Below, piece by piece: positions 1 to 10,082 of a stretch of DNA of 64,000 nt. The position numbers and the translations under genes are program-made. The stretch lies in the IMG/VR virus record IMGVR_UViG_3300042197_001007; one strand, given 5' to 3'. The notes below the pieces were generated by a model. It saw only the letters and a program-made list of their open reading frames with translations. It was not told the DNA's origin and ran no database searches. The stretch is from a virus. Numbering within the stretch: the first letter of the stretch is position 1; every line of letters starts with the position of its first letter.

Positions 1-3000
1 AACGATCCTGTCTTACCAACCTCAAGACCTTTAATAAGAACATCACCTGGGCGAGGAGTTACACCACCATAAGTTATAAACTGTGCTGAAGAAATACGAG
101 TTCCGCCTTGAGCAATTAGAGCAGTTTGATTTGGAGTGATGTTTGAGGGAATTCCAGCAGATGTGTGGGTCTGGAACATATATGCCTGACCATTTCCTCT
201 CGCATTAAATCCAAATACAGCAGATTGAACTCTGTTTTTGCTGATACGAATATCACCGTTTGTTGGTGGTCTAAATGCTGTCCTATCAAGTCCTTCGTCT
301 TGCTCCAACTGTGTTACAGGATCAACAGAAGAAACATTTGAACGAATGATGAGAACATCACGTTGCTGTGTAAGATCTTCATCTTGAACAGCAATTACAA
401 GAGGTGCCTCAACAGAACTTACAAGTGATCCATCACCACCAACGATTGTAATATTTTGGTTGAAGGTAACAGGAGTATCAAATGTTGTGACAAGACCGCC
501 AATAACATCGTTCTCGTCACCATCATCAGCAAGAACAGCAGCATCAATGAATGTCTCTTCACCAGTGATAGCATTAATTCTTCTATTACCGATGTAGAGG
601 TCACCCTGAGAGTTGATACCTGTGTAGAAGACGATACCAGCATCTTGCTTCTTAGATTGAGCATAGAAGTCCTGATCTGGTGTTAGAACGACTTCCTGAC
701 GAGCTGGGAGACCAGTGGAGTAGTTACCAGGACCGAAACCAAGGTATTCAAACGTGTGGTTACCAGCACGAGCAATAGATGGTCTGCGAAGTTCAACATA
801 GTATCTCTGATCAGACAGAACACTGCTATTACCAGCGATTGGAATGAGACGATCTTCTGAACCAGAAGTTGCGTTACCATCCTGTGCTTGAATTGCGTTT
901 GCTCCGGAGTATTCATTTTCAATGAAAGCACTCTGAGTGATAAGATCTTCAACAAGTTCTCTTGTTACGGAGTTCTTGTAGTCATTAACAGTAACAAGAC
1001 CATGTGTATAGTTGTCAGCAGCAGAGAATGCCTGTGGTGGGTCAATTAAGGCAGCATAGTAATTCTTCTCTTCATTTGTTGTTCCGTTCTTCTGGAACCA
1101 AAGAGGATCATTTCTGTAGTTTAGAGGATACAGTCTGCTGACTGGTTGTGAGAACTTGAAGTTCTTGAAGTTGTTGATAACTCCAGCACCAGTTGGGAAT
1201 GGAGAAATGTTACCGCGAAGAGCTGTGAGATAGTAGATACCATCTTGCTGTCCAGCAATACGACGTTGTAGGGTCTCAGAAGCGAAGATGTAGAATGTAT
1301 CTTCAATGATGCCAGCATCAGCAACGCTTTCGACGTAGTACTCAACACCAGCATCGTCCTGAATACGATCACCAGGAGTAATCGTATAAACGTTAGCACC
1401 ATTCTGTCTCCAGTAGTATTCTGGATATCCCTTACGAATGAGTGTCTTGAGTGGCAACGATTTGCCCATATCCTGATCTTCAAGCATATCTGCGAAGACC
1501 GAACCTTGAGTAAATCTTACATTGTCATACTCGCTGTACTCTAACTTGCCACCGCGAACGTTCTTGATGATTAGATAGTGATCGCCACCAACACTATAGT
1601 ATGCGTGAATGTTAGCAAGACCAGAAGAATAACCAGAGAAACTGACTTGGTTAGCAGTGATGCTTTGTGTCTTGTTGGTTACAAACTCTCCACCTTGAGG
1701 AGCAGTAATCTTTACCGTCGTAAAGATTTCGTTTCTTAGACCAGGGAAGTTTGTAGCATCTACAGCATGATCATAAACAGTAAGTTCAAGATACTTGATG
1801 TTTGGATTGAGATCATCTGCTACATAACGACCACTCTGAATAGTTGCTTGAATACCAGATGTAAAGCGAGCAAAAGCACGATACTCAATACCTTGACCTG
1901 TTAGATCCTTCTTGTATGGATCGTATGCGGCATCTTCATTAAGATTATTTGTCGCAAACTGTGCTGCTGTATAACCAATGTATTCACCAGCTTGAACTGG
2001 GTTTTCAAATCTCGCACCATATACCGATCCAGTAACTGGCTTAAGAAGAACTTTCTGTGGAATTAACTTACGAGTATCGTCAGTTCTTGTCTTAAGGACA
2101 AATCCGTTGATAGGATCTCTTGCGTTCTCAAGATACTTAGGAATGACATAACGGATCTTGTATGTTCTGTCATCTGCTTCTCTTGTATCTTCAAGACGCT
2201 CATACCACATATCAGTGGTTCTTGGTCTGTCCGAATAGTCAGACTGATGTAATCTCCAGAAAATATTTTCTTCCTGAACTGAAGTTGGTTGAGCAGTTAC
2301 TTGATCCTTACACTGAATATACCACTTACCAGTGCTTGATACAGCATCAGTAAATGCTGGATCAAACTTCATTGGCGATCTACGCTTGTTCGCAAATACA
2401 TCAAAGACAAGTCCTACCTGACCGGAAGCAAATGTAATTGGATTTACATTGTTAATCGCATCAGCATGTGTCTTGTGAATGGTAAATACTTTGTCATTTT
2501 GATAACGAGCAAAGAATTCAATCTGAGGATTAATTCTTCCTACGTTTGCGTTCTGTGGATTTGTAACAGCAACGGTAGCATCGTTAGAATAGGTTGATGC
2601 TACAAGAGGTAACTGTCCACCCTCAACTGCCCTAAAGAATACTCTATGTGGAGTTGTGGAAGCAGATGGAACGTCAAAGATGTGTGATACGTCAGTCTCA
2701 ATACCAGCATTAACACTGTTGGTTAGATTACACTCATAGCTATGTAAAGTATACTTATCATCAAGAACAAATTGATAGAGGTCAATTTCTACGTTAGGAT
2801 CAATGCTTGATGTTTCCGACGCATAGATGTAGATACCAGCAGCAGCATTCTCCTTAGAAGTTGCCAACATCAACTTGGTCTGATCACTTCCATTGAAGAA
2901 AGTTGTTGTGCTGTAATCTTCTGGTTGAGTTCTTCTACCAGGAGCAATCACATAATAAGTTCTGTTTGTTTCAAATCCTTTTGGAAGTCTGATAAGACGC

Positions 3001-6000
3001 TTATCAACTTCAACATACTTACCAGTGTCAACATCAAAACGAGGACGTGGAACAAGTCTTACAGGAGTTCCAGTCTCAAAGTTGTGAGCATTGGTAGAAC
3101 CATAACCAGTTGTATCAATTGTAAAGACAGTCGCTCTTGAAGAAAGAAGTGCTGTATTTACAGTCTGTTCTTGACGAGCAACTGTTCCAAGACCGCTGTT
3201 GATGATTGTAGTGATGTTTCCAACCAAAGTTTCAATTGCGTTGGCAACACCAGCACATTCTCTCTGTGTTGGAGCAGAAGGTGTGTATGCTTGAGTATCT
3301 TGAATAACATCTGGATTAGATGCTTCTGGTCCTACAGTAACTGTCTTAGGTAGAATATTTGCCCACTGACCTTTTTCAAATGTGAAGTATAGTTTGGTTG
3401 TAGTGCTGTTCTGTAGAGCATTTACTGTATTGCCAGTGGTAAGTCTTGCGTTGGCAACACCCAATTCAATTTGAGTATTGCTTACAATTCTCTTAACAAA
3501 TGTATCTTTAGGAATATTGCTGTAAATAGCAACAGCATTAGATTGTAGCAATCCATTGACATATGGAGTTGGAGATGTAGCATACTCAACAACTCTCATA
3601 CCAATGACAATACCACGAGTATCAGCAACATTAACAATTGCTGAACCAGATGTTGTTACACAGTTGACAGCAAGAACATCAAAATTACGCATCGCAGCAG
3701 TTGCGAGCTGACCAACATAGTTCCAAGCATCAATTGTTTCTGGTTTTTCTCCATCAATATAAGTTAGATTATTTCCAACATAGTATGCTTCACCTGCTTG
3801 AATGCTATTGATGTTACCACCAAGTCTAAGGTCATTAACAAGAGCATCAACAATATATGATACGTCACGATAACACTTAGATTGAGTGGCATTAACAATG
3901 AAGTCACCTGGATTTGCTGTTGGTAGACCAGCAAGAGATCCTGTGCTGATCGCATCGGTAACAATATCAAATAGGTTCTCAATGGATGAACGAACGTTGG
4001 CACAATCCCACTCTCCATTGCTGAGAGGTGGAAGAGAATTGAGATTACCAGCATAAAGACTATCAACAACAATGCTGATCAGAACATCAATTGTTGCTAA
4101 AACATCAGAGCAATTACCAAGGGCATAAGTTGTTGGTTGTACTGGAGCGGTTCTGGTGATGCCAGTTAGATTGCCAACACCACCATCATTACCGATTGCT
4201 TGAATGATAATACCAAACAGAGTATCAGTAGCAGCAATCGCAGATCCGCACTTAGGTAGAAGTTCATCAGCATCCCAGTCATGAGTTTGAGTGAAATCAA
4301 ATACCTGAGTTTCGTTATTTCCTGCTGTTGGTGTTACAGCGACATTGTTGATAACATCAATGGTTACTTTCTTTGCTTCTAAGAATACTTTAGCAGCTTC
4401 ATCACGCTCAGCATCAATAAATGTCTGAACTGGTTGACCATTGAATACGTTTGTTACATAAACAAGAGCAGCATCATAGGTCTTAGAGTTTCCACCAAAC
4501 TTAATATCATATGCGATTTGATCTAATACATCATAAACATCGTCAAGACAATCTTGCTCTGTATTGCCAGTTTGTGGAACATATGAAGGATATGCCAACT
4601 TCATACGCTGATATGCTTCTTTCGCAATAAACTTCTTGTTGTCCATAATGGTCAAGAAGACATTGCTATGAATGTCAGAGAATACTGCTGGTTCTTCAGT
4701 ATTATCCAGTGTGATTGTTAGATCTCTATCATAGTACTGATTATTTACAGCACGGTTCATAAGATCCTGTGCTCTTCTAAATGCTGTAATGGAAGGTCCA
4801 GTTTCTCCAGCAACACCGTTTGTAAGCAGAGTTGTTGCGTTGGTGAAATATTCCTTCGTTGCTGCGATAGTATACTCGTTACCACCAAACCAAAGGTCTT
4901 GAGCAACAGCATCAACAATGTGACCGATATCTCTACGGCACTTAGTTTCACCAGTCAAGAATGTTCCAGCATTCTCAGCAGGAAGAGAGTTTAGGTTACC
5001 AGCAGTTACAGCAGCAGTGACAATACCAGCAAGAGTTGTGATTGCTGACTGAACGTTAGCACATGAAGTTGGATCTACATTACTACCAGTCGCAGGATCG
5101 GCAGTGATTGTGAGATCCTTATAGTAGAGTTGATTGGTGATTGCTCTACGCATGAACTCAGCAGCTTCATTGAATGCTGTATTGCTCTGAGCAGTTTCTC
5201 CAACTAAACCGTTGCTGATTGGAGTTGTGGCATTCGTGAAATACTGTTGAATGAAAGTTCTGGTGTGCTTGTTACCGCCAGTGAATACGTCAACTGAAAT
5301 CGCATCAATAAAGTATCCAATGTCACGAGCACACTTCTTCATACCAGCAGGAGCAGATCCTTTGTTGATTTGAAGAGGAAGTGAATTTAGATTGCCATCA
5401 TTAATAATTGTTGTGATGATGCCACTCAAGGTATCAATTGCTGAACGAACGTTAGCACATGAAGTTGGATCTGTATTGCTTCCAGTCGCAGGATCAGCAG
5501 TAATTGTAAGATCCTTAACTGTAAGTTGGTTGGTGATAGCAGACTTCATCAAAGTCTTTGCTTGGTTGAAAGCATAGATGCTTTCTGTTACTTCGCCAAC
5601 TAAACCGTTGCTGATTGGTGTTGTAGCATTTGTAAAGTATTCAGCAGCAAATCTGTATGAATACTCGTTACCACGAATGAAGAGGTCAAGCGAAACAGCA
5701 TCAACAAAGTATCCAAGATCTCTCTTACACTTTGTTTCAGTTGAAGCAACACCAGGATATTGTGTGACCATGTTGGTCCAAGCAGTGTTGACAATCTCTG
5801 TCTTGTTCTGTTGGATTAGACGGTAGCTATCATAGAAACGCGAATCTGCTGTTGTTTGTGCGTCACCAGGGAAGTAGAAATCTGGATAATCAACCGCAAT
5901 CTTCGCAAGTGCTCTATCAGCAATCTCTTTGCTGTTACGACGAATGAGACGGAACGCATCAGCAAAACGTGATTGTGCGTTGCTCTGTGTATCACCAGGA

Positions 6001-8651
6001 ATGTAGAAGTCTGGATGATAAACAGCAATCTCAGCAAGTGCTGCGTCAAGAATGAACTCTCTGTTGTCAATAATTCTATTGCGAGCATCCTTGTAGCGAC
6101 CAGCAGGATCTTGCTTATTCGCAGCATCAACAGTTACACCTTCACTGTTCAATCCAAGTGCTGCTGAACCAGTGCTACCAGCAATTACACCATAAGGAGC
6201 TAGAATACTGGTTGGATCTGGATCATAAATGTCTGCCTTTACAGTGAGTAGGTTAGCAACTGCTTTCTTACATAGATCTCTTGCTCTATTGAAAGCAAAT
6301 ACAGCATAGTTCTCTTCGCCCACCAGACCGTTCTGTAATGGCGTTCCATCGCCATTGAAGTAGAACTTGGTAGCTTCAATCGTATTGAGGTTTCCACCGT
6401 CTCTGAGGTCTTCTGCGATGGCATCAACGATGAAACCAATGTCACGCTTACACTTACCATTCGCAACACCTTGGATATTACCAATACCAAATGTATCAAC
6501 CATCTGCTGGAATGCCGTATCAACAATCTCTTGACGATTGTTGAGAATTAGATTACGAGCATCAAAGTAACGACCAGCAGCAGGATTTAGACCAGGATTA
6601 ACATAAGGAATGTTCTGAAGTCTTGGATACTTTTCAAGAATATATCCAAAAACTTCCTCTTGGATCATTGTGCGATTGCTTTCAATCAGATTAGCAGCAT
6701 CAGCATAGACACTATTGATTGAAATACCGGTTGGATTGAGAATAGATCCTTTAGCAATATACTTTAGGAAACCAGTTGGTTCTAATTCAACATTAAAGAT
6801 TTCTCCAGTTCCTGGTGCTGGATCAAGTTTTACATATAGTTTGTCACTTGATTTCGCACCAAGTCTGTAACCATCAATTGTAGCAGCAGGTCTATCAGCA
6901 GGAGTAATGATGTCATCACTGCCCAAGAATAGTTTTGTATAGTTGTTAGGGTTCTGAATAGTTCCCTGAATATCAACAGTATAATATGCGATCTTCTCAA
7001 TATTTTCAGATCCTTCAACTGCTCTCTTTGGTGGAATAATATCAGTAATGTATCCACCTTTATCTTGGTTGAAAGCAAATCCTTTGAAACCAATTGCGTG
7101 TAGAGATGTATTACCAAAGTTTGAGTTGGAGTTGGTGATGGACATGTCTCCACCACTTTCCATTAAGAAGTGATCCGCAAAACCAACCGCGAAGATAGAA
7201 ACGTTCTGAATGAATGCGTCTTCTGAAGCACGAACGTGGAAGTTTCTCCACTCATCTTTCCAGTAACTGTCGCCCTTTGCGTGATAAGGAACCGTAGCAA
7301 ATGCGTCAGTCAGTGATGCCTGGTTCCAAGTGTTTGAATACTCGTCGTAACGAATGAATGCTCTATCGTCTTTCTGTAGAGAAACACCAGTATACTGAGC
7401 AATAACCATGGATCTAAATCCAGTGGCTTTTAGACCATTTGCCCAGATACCACAGATACCCCAGGTAGAACGAATTGAAACGTTGAAGACGTATGGAGAA
7501 GCAGATTCGACGCTATCAACCTCAGCAAGAGTTTGTGCGTTTTGTCCAAGAGCAGGAGTTGTATCTACACTGATTGTTTGTCCTGATACAATATTATTGC
7601 CAATTCCACCTACAACGAAAGGAACTTCGTATGTGAATTTACGAGGATCGTTTTCATCAATTTCTTTGATTGGGAAAAATCCTTCAAGAACATCATCAAT
7701 GTTGGTGTTTGAAATTGAAACAAACTGACCAGCAAAATATCCGTGATCAACTTTGGTTGTTACTTGAACTTCCGTTGTTGAAGCAGGAATACTTGGATCA
7801 GTTGTCGCATCGACAAGTTTCAAACTTTCAATAACACGACTGTCAGAAAGAGGTCCAACAATTCTGTTCTCTTGAATACTGAAATCAAACTCACCAGGAT
7901 CGTCAATTGTTGGTTGATATGCTGAGAATGCCTTAGCAATCTTTCTATAGAACAGTCCTAGCTCTTCACTATCAGCATATTCAAATACTGTTAGTTTGTG
8001 GTGAGAATAGTTAGGAGCAGTAAGTTTGGTGAAGTCAGTTGGATCGTAATAAACTTCACCAGTTCCAGCAGCAGAGTTGTAAAGAGGTGATTCTGAAGTT
8101 GTCTGACCATCTTTAATCGTAAACTGCCAGAAATAGCAACCACCAGTTACATTGAAGATCGCAGAACGTGGAACAGTAACAGATGCTGGATCTGGAACGT
8201 AGAGAGGTCTGATCGTTGTTCTACGAAGATCATAACCAACAAGTGATGAACCACGAGGAATGATCGCACCACCTTCAGTGTTGTTAAACTTATAAAGTAC
8301 GTTGTTTGGATTTGAAATATCAAGAATGCTATTATCAGTCCAAGCATTCAGAGCTTGATCAAAACCAAATACATCAATGCCAGTAGTATCTACAAGACCA
8401 GGACGGTTGTCAATATAGTGAATACCAGGCATCAGCATGATGCTGAACTGGTCAAAACGGTCATTATCCTTACCAGGAAGATAAGAATATCTTGCGATTT
8501 CTAAGAAAGCACGTTGGATACTTTTGAAAGGGGTGATTGGTGAATTACCTCTGTTCGATAACGCATCTGTTGCGTTAAAATCATCAGGCGAAACATAAAG
8601 ATACTTACCAGTTTTTGAACTGATAAGGTTATCCAGACGTGTTAATGGCAT
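1..8651 (-). CDS. Giant virion structural / tail-fibre-like protein, over 2880 aa, 3' end beyond the window
   Basis: ATG at 8651 reads MPLTRLDNLISSKTGKYLYVSPDDFNATDALSNRGNSPITPFKSIQRAF, a typical cyanomyovirus fibre-like N-terminus. The same frame is open at the window edge (..TPRPGDVLIKGLEVGKTGS). Late promoter TATAAATA at 8692-8699. Absent from the ORF track, probably because no stop lies in the window; interior continuity not checked codon by codon. Confidence 0.85.
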   Translation of the reverse strand, partial: MPLTRLDNLISSKTGKYLYVSPDDFNATDALSNRGNSPITPFKSIQRAFLEIARYSYLPGKDNDRFDQFSIMLMPGIHYIDNRPGLVDTTGIDVFGFDQALNAWTDNSILDISNPNNVLYKFNNTEGGAIIPRGSSLVGYDLRRTTIRPLYVPDPASVTVPRSAIFNVTGGCYFWQFTIKDGQTTSESPLYNSAAGTGEVYYDPTDFTKLTAPNYSHHKLTVFEYADSEELGLFYRKIAKAFSAYQPTIDDPGEFDFSIQENRIVGPLSDSRVIESLKLVDATTDPSIPASTTEVQVTTKVDHGYFAGQFVSISNTNIDDVLEGFFPIKEIDENDPRKFTYEVPFVVGGIGNNIVSGQTISVDTTPALGQNAQTLAEVDSVESASPYVFNVSIRSTWGICGIWANGLKATGFRSMVIAQYTGVSLQKDDRAFIRYDEYSNTWNQASLTDAFATVPYHAKGDSYWKDEWRNFHVRASEDAFIQNVSIFAVGFADHFLMESGGDMSITNSNSNFGNTSLHAIGFKGFAFNQDKGGYITDIIPPKRAVEGSENIEKIAYYTVDIQGTIQNPNNYTKLFLGSDDIITPADRPAATIDGYRLGAKSSDKLYVKLDPAPGTGEIFNVELEPTGFLKYIAKGSILNPTGISINSVYADAANLIESNRTMIQEEVFGYILEKYPRLQNIPYVNPGLNPAAGRYFDARNLILNNRQEIVDTAFQQMVDTFGIGNIQGVANGKCKRDIGFIVDAIAEDLRDGGNLNTIEATKFYFNGDGTPLQNGLVGEENYAVFAFNRARDLCKKAVANLLTVKADIYDPDPTSILAPYGVIAGSTGSAALGLNSEGVTVDAANKQDPAGRYKDARNRIIDNREFILDAALAEIAVYHPDFYIPGDTQSNAQSRFADAFRLIRRNSKEIADRALAKIAVDYPDFYFPGDAQTTADSRFYDSYRLIQQNKTEIVNTAWTNMVTQYPGVASTETKCKRDLGYFVDAVSLDLFIRGNEYSYRFAAEYFTNATTPISNGLVGEVTESIYAFNQAKTLMKSAITNQLTVKDLTITADPATGSNTDPTSCANVRSAIDTLSGIITTIINDGNLNSLPLQINKGSAPAGMKKCARDIGYFIDAISVDVFTGGNKHTRTFIQQYFTNATTPISNGLVGETAQSNTAFNEAAEFMRRAITNQLYYKDLTITADPATGSNVDPTSCANVQSAITTLAGIVTAAVTAGNLNSLPAENAGTFLTGETKCRRDIGHIVDAVAQDLWFGGNEYTIAATKEYFTNATTLLTNGVAGETGPSITAFRRAQDLMNRAVNNQYYDRDLTITLDNTEEPAVFSDIHSNVFLTIMDNKKFIAKEAYQRMKLAYPSYVPQTGNTEQDCLDDVYDVLDQIAYDIKFGGNSKTYDAALVYVTNVFNGQPVQTFIDAERDEAAKVFLEAKKVTIDVINNVAVTPTAGNNETQVFDFTQTHDWDADELLPKCGSAIAATDTLFGIIIQAIGNDGGVGNLTGITRTAPVQPTTYALGNCSDVLATIDVLISIVVDSLYAGNLNSLPPLSNGEWDCANVRSSIENLFDIVTDAISTGSLAGLPTANPGDFIVNATQSKCYRDVSYIVDALVNDLRLGGNINSIQAGEAYYVGNNLTYIDGEKPETIDAWNYVGQLATAAMRNFDVLAVNCVTTSGSAIVNVADTRGIVIGMRVVEYATSPTPYVNGLLQSNAVAIYSNIPKDTFVKRIVSNTQIELGVANARLTTGNTVNALQNSTTTKLYFTFEKGQWANILPKTVTVGPEASNPDVIQDTQAYTPSAPTQRECAGVANAIETLVGNITTIINSGLGTVARQEQTVNTALLSSRATVFTIDTTGYGSTNAHNFETGTPVRLVPRPRFDVDTGKYVEVDKRLIRLPKGFETNRTYYVIAPGRRTQPEDYSTTTFFNGSDQTKLMLATSKENAAAGIYIYASETSSIDPNVEIDLYQFVLDDKYTLHSYECNLTNSVNAGIETDVSHIFDVPSASTTPHRVFFRAVEGGQLPLVASTYSNDATVAVTNPQNANVGRINPQIEFFARYQNDKVFTIHKTHADAINNVNPITFASGQVGLVFDVFANKRRSPMKFDPAFTDAVSSTGKWYIQCKDQVTAQPTSVQEENIFWRLHQSDYSDRPRTTDMWYERLEDTREADDRTYKIRYVIPKYLENARDPINGFVLKTRTDDTRKLIPQKVLLKPVTGSVYGARFENPVQAGEYIGYTAAQFATNNLNEDAAYDPYKKDLTGQGIEYRAFARFTSGIQATIQSGRYVADDLNPNIKYLELTVYDHAVDATNFPGLRNEIFTTVKITAPQGGEFVTNKTQSITANQVSFSGYSSGLANIHAYYSVGGDHYLIIKNVRGGKLEYSEYDNVRFTQGSVFADMLEDQDMGKSLPLKTLIRKGYPEYYWRQNGANVYTITPGDRIQDDAGVEYYVESVADAGIIEDTFYIFASETLQRRIAGQQDGIYYLTALRGNISPFPTGAGVINNFKNFKFSQPVSRLYPLNYRNDPLWFQKNGTTNEEKNYYAALIDPPQAFSAADNYTHGLVTVNDYKNSVTRELVEDLITQSAFIENEYSGANAIQAQDGNATSGSEDRLIPIAGNSSVLSDQRYYVELRRPSIARAGNHTFEYLGFGPGNYSTGLPARQEVVLTPDQDFYAQSKKQDAGIVFYTGINSQGDLYIGNRRINAITGEETFIDAAVLADDGDENDVIGGLVTTFDTPVTFNQNITIVGGDGSLVSSVEAPLVIAVQDEDLTQQRDVLIIRSNVSSVDPVTQLEQDEGLDRTAFRPPTNGDIRISKNRVQSAVFGFNARGNGQAYMFQTHTSAGIPSNITPNQTALIAQGGTRISSAQFITYGGVTPRPGDVLIKGLEVGKTGS

Positions 8652-8694
8652 GATTAATACTGACCCGTAGATTATGATTTATCCTTGGATTTAT

Positions 8695-8814
8695 TTATAC
8701 GCCAGGATCGTAGTTGTTCCGCAATATTAGAATTCTTGAAATTTCTCTAAGGCAAATAAAAATATAATTAAACTGTTCTTTCCAGGTTACATCTCCGCGA
8801 ATTTTGTCTAACAT
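8695..8814 (-). CDS. Small hypothetical protein (39 aa)
   Basis: MLDKIRGDVTWKEQFNYIFICLREISRILILRNNYDPGV with GGAGA RBS; the longer track ORF overlaps tRNA-Asn. Confidence 0.6.
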   Translation of the reverse strand: MLDKIRGDVTWKEQFNYIFICLREISRILILRNNYDPGV

Positions 8815-8828
8815 ATTTTTCTCCAAAA

Positions 8829-8901
8829 CTCCCCCACCTGGACTCGAACCAGGAACCCCAGAGTTAACAGCTCCGTGCTCTGCCAATTGAGCTATAAGGG
8901 A
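8829..8901 (-). tRNA. tRNA-Asn(GUU)
   Basis: Cloverleaf, anticodon loop CTGTTAA, TTCGAGT T-loop. Confidence 0.95.
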
Positions 8902-8907
8902 ATGAAA

Positions 8908-9078
8908 TTAGGACTGTTTGGTGTCCATTAGATATTCTACAGTGTTTGCTATATCATTCATAGCATCACGTAGATGTGGTTGTTGTCCGCTTTCCTGACG
9001 AACAATTGGTCTATGATCATCTGTAAGTGACCAGCGCCATTGTTTCATTATAGCACAGTACCACAGATTAATTTTCAT
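8908..9078 (-). CDS. Hypothetical protein (56 aa, MKINLWYCAIMKQWRWSLTDD..)
   Basis: ORF between tRNAs; start moved to the internal ATG coupled to the upstream gene. Confidence 0.7.
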   Translation of the reverse strand: MKINLWYCAIMKQWRWSLTDDHRPIVRQESGQQPHLRDAMNDIANTVEYLMDTKQS

Positions 9079-9223
9079 TTTTGAAACTTTCCAATCGTAA
9101 CCAATTAGCGAGGGCGTTGAGTTGCATTCTTTTGTCTTCAGTGAAATCATGTTGTTTATTGAAAAGATAGAAATCAATAGCCTCTAGTGCTAGTTGTCTG
9201 TCTGCTTGTGAAATGAGTGACAT
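9068..9223 (-). CDS. Hypothetical protein (51 aa, MSLISQADRQLALEAIDFYLF..)
   Basis: ATG downstream of tRNA-Ala; the upstream part of the track ORF is tRNA. Confidence 0.7.
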   Translation of the reverse strand: MSLISQADRQLALEAIDFYLFNKQHDFTEDKRMQLNALANWLRLESFKNEN

Positions 9224-9242
9224 AGTGAGTATAAAGAACTCA

Positions 9243-9315
9243 TGGAGAATAGGAGACTCGAACTCCTGACAGCCTGCTTGCAAAGCAGGTGCTCTACCAA
9301 CTGAGCTAATTCCCC
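9243..9315 (-). tRNA. tRNA-Ala(UGC)
   Basis: GGGGAATTAGCTCAGTTGG.., loop TTTGCAA, G3-U70 pair. Confidence 0.95.
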
Positions 9316-9392
9316 TGGGGGCGGGAGTTGGATTTGAACCAACGACCTGCGGCTTATGAGACCGCTGAACTACCAGACTGTTCCATCCCGCT
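9316..9392 (-). tRNA. tRNA-Met(CAU), initiator-like
   Basis: 1:72 mismatch, A11-U24 pair, loop CTCATAA, encoded CCA; anticodon stem has G29-G30-U31 instead of GGG. Confidence 0.85.
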
Positions 9393-9493
9393 ATAAGGTG
9401 CCGCTAGTGCCAGCGGCACACCAGGCACTTGGTTGTTTCGGATATGATGATCCCGAAACATATGATAAGATCGGATATTTCCAACCTTATCAA
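9393..9493 (-). ncRNA. Candidate structured RNA (four hairpins, complementary loops) between tRNA-Thr and tRNA-Met
   Basis: Stems TGATAAG/CTTATCA, GTTTCGG/CCGAAAC, ACCA/TGGT, GTGCCGCT/AGCGGCAC; loops AGTGCC and GGCACT are complementary. Confidence 0.45.
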
Positions 9494-9567
9494 AGCCCAA
9501 GGTCGGACTTGAACCGACGACCTACGGTTTACAAAACCGTTGCTCTATCCAGCTGAGCTACTCAGGC
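9494..9567 (-). tRNA. tRNA-Thr(UGU)
   Basis: Cloverleaf, loop TTTGTAA. Confidence 0.95.
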
Positions 9568-10082
9568 ATTCTGACAAATTTAAATGCTCCCCAATCAGAT
9601 CCCCATATTTTAGCATGAGTTTCGGCATGAAGACCACGATCAACTACATGATATTCAGTTTTAGTGAGAGTGACTTCGTTTTGAACATAGGTTTTTACAC
9701 CCTGCCAATCAACCCAGCACTCACAGGTGGAGGTGCCACCTTGAAACATTTCAGGTCCCGTCTGCGTAATAATAATATCACACCCCTCTCGGTATGTCAA
9801 GATGTCATCTGTGATAAGATCAAGATTTTGACATTCAACAAACCGTTTTGGATCTTCAATCTCGTAATTCTTGAGACGGAACTGACCCTTCTCAATCACT
9901 ACATCAATTACAAACTGACGATATGGGTTATTTAGAAGATAGTTATAAGCTTGTTCACCATAGAAGCGATAATCGGAAATTTTCCGATGTTGTACCCGAA
10001 TATGAGCATAACGAGTTGGATGAGATTGTGCTTGATGTTTATTGGCAAAAGTGCCTTCAAGATATTCAAGAAACTGGTTCAT
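9558..10082 (-). CDS. cpeT: CpeT/CpcT-family phycobilin lyase
   Basis: Motifs FANKHQAQSHPTRYAHI, EQAYNY..PYRQ, DRG..WGSDWGAFKF. Confidence 0.9.
   Translation of the reverse strand: MNQFLEYLEGTFANKHQAQSHPTRYAHIRVQHRKISDYRFYGEQAYNYLLNNPYRQFVIDVVIEKGQFRLKNYEIEDPKRFVECQNLDLITDDILTYREGCDIIITQTGPEMFQGGTSTCECWVDWQGVKTYVQNEVTLTKTEYHVVDRGLHAETHAKIWGSDWGAFKFVRMPE

Noticed and set aside
419-8347. Many 60-120 aa ORFs in the track on both strands
   Set aside because: Alternative-frame or antisense shadows of the giant minus-strand gene, with no recognisable motifs or RBS.
9393-9493. Hammerhead or theta (HDV-like) ribozyme call for the tRNA spacer
   Set aside because: The plus strand has TATGATGA..GAAAC rather than CUGANGA with a proper stem II, and no HDV P1/P1.1/P3 nesting could be built. 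Kept only as an unnamed structured RNA.
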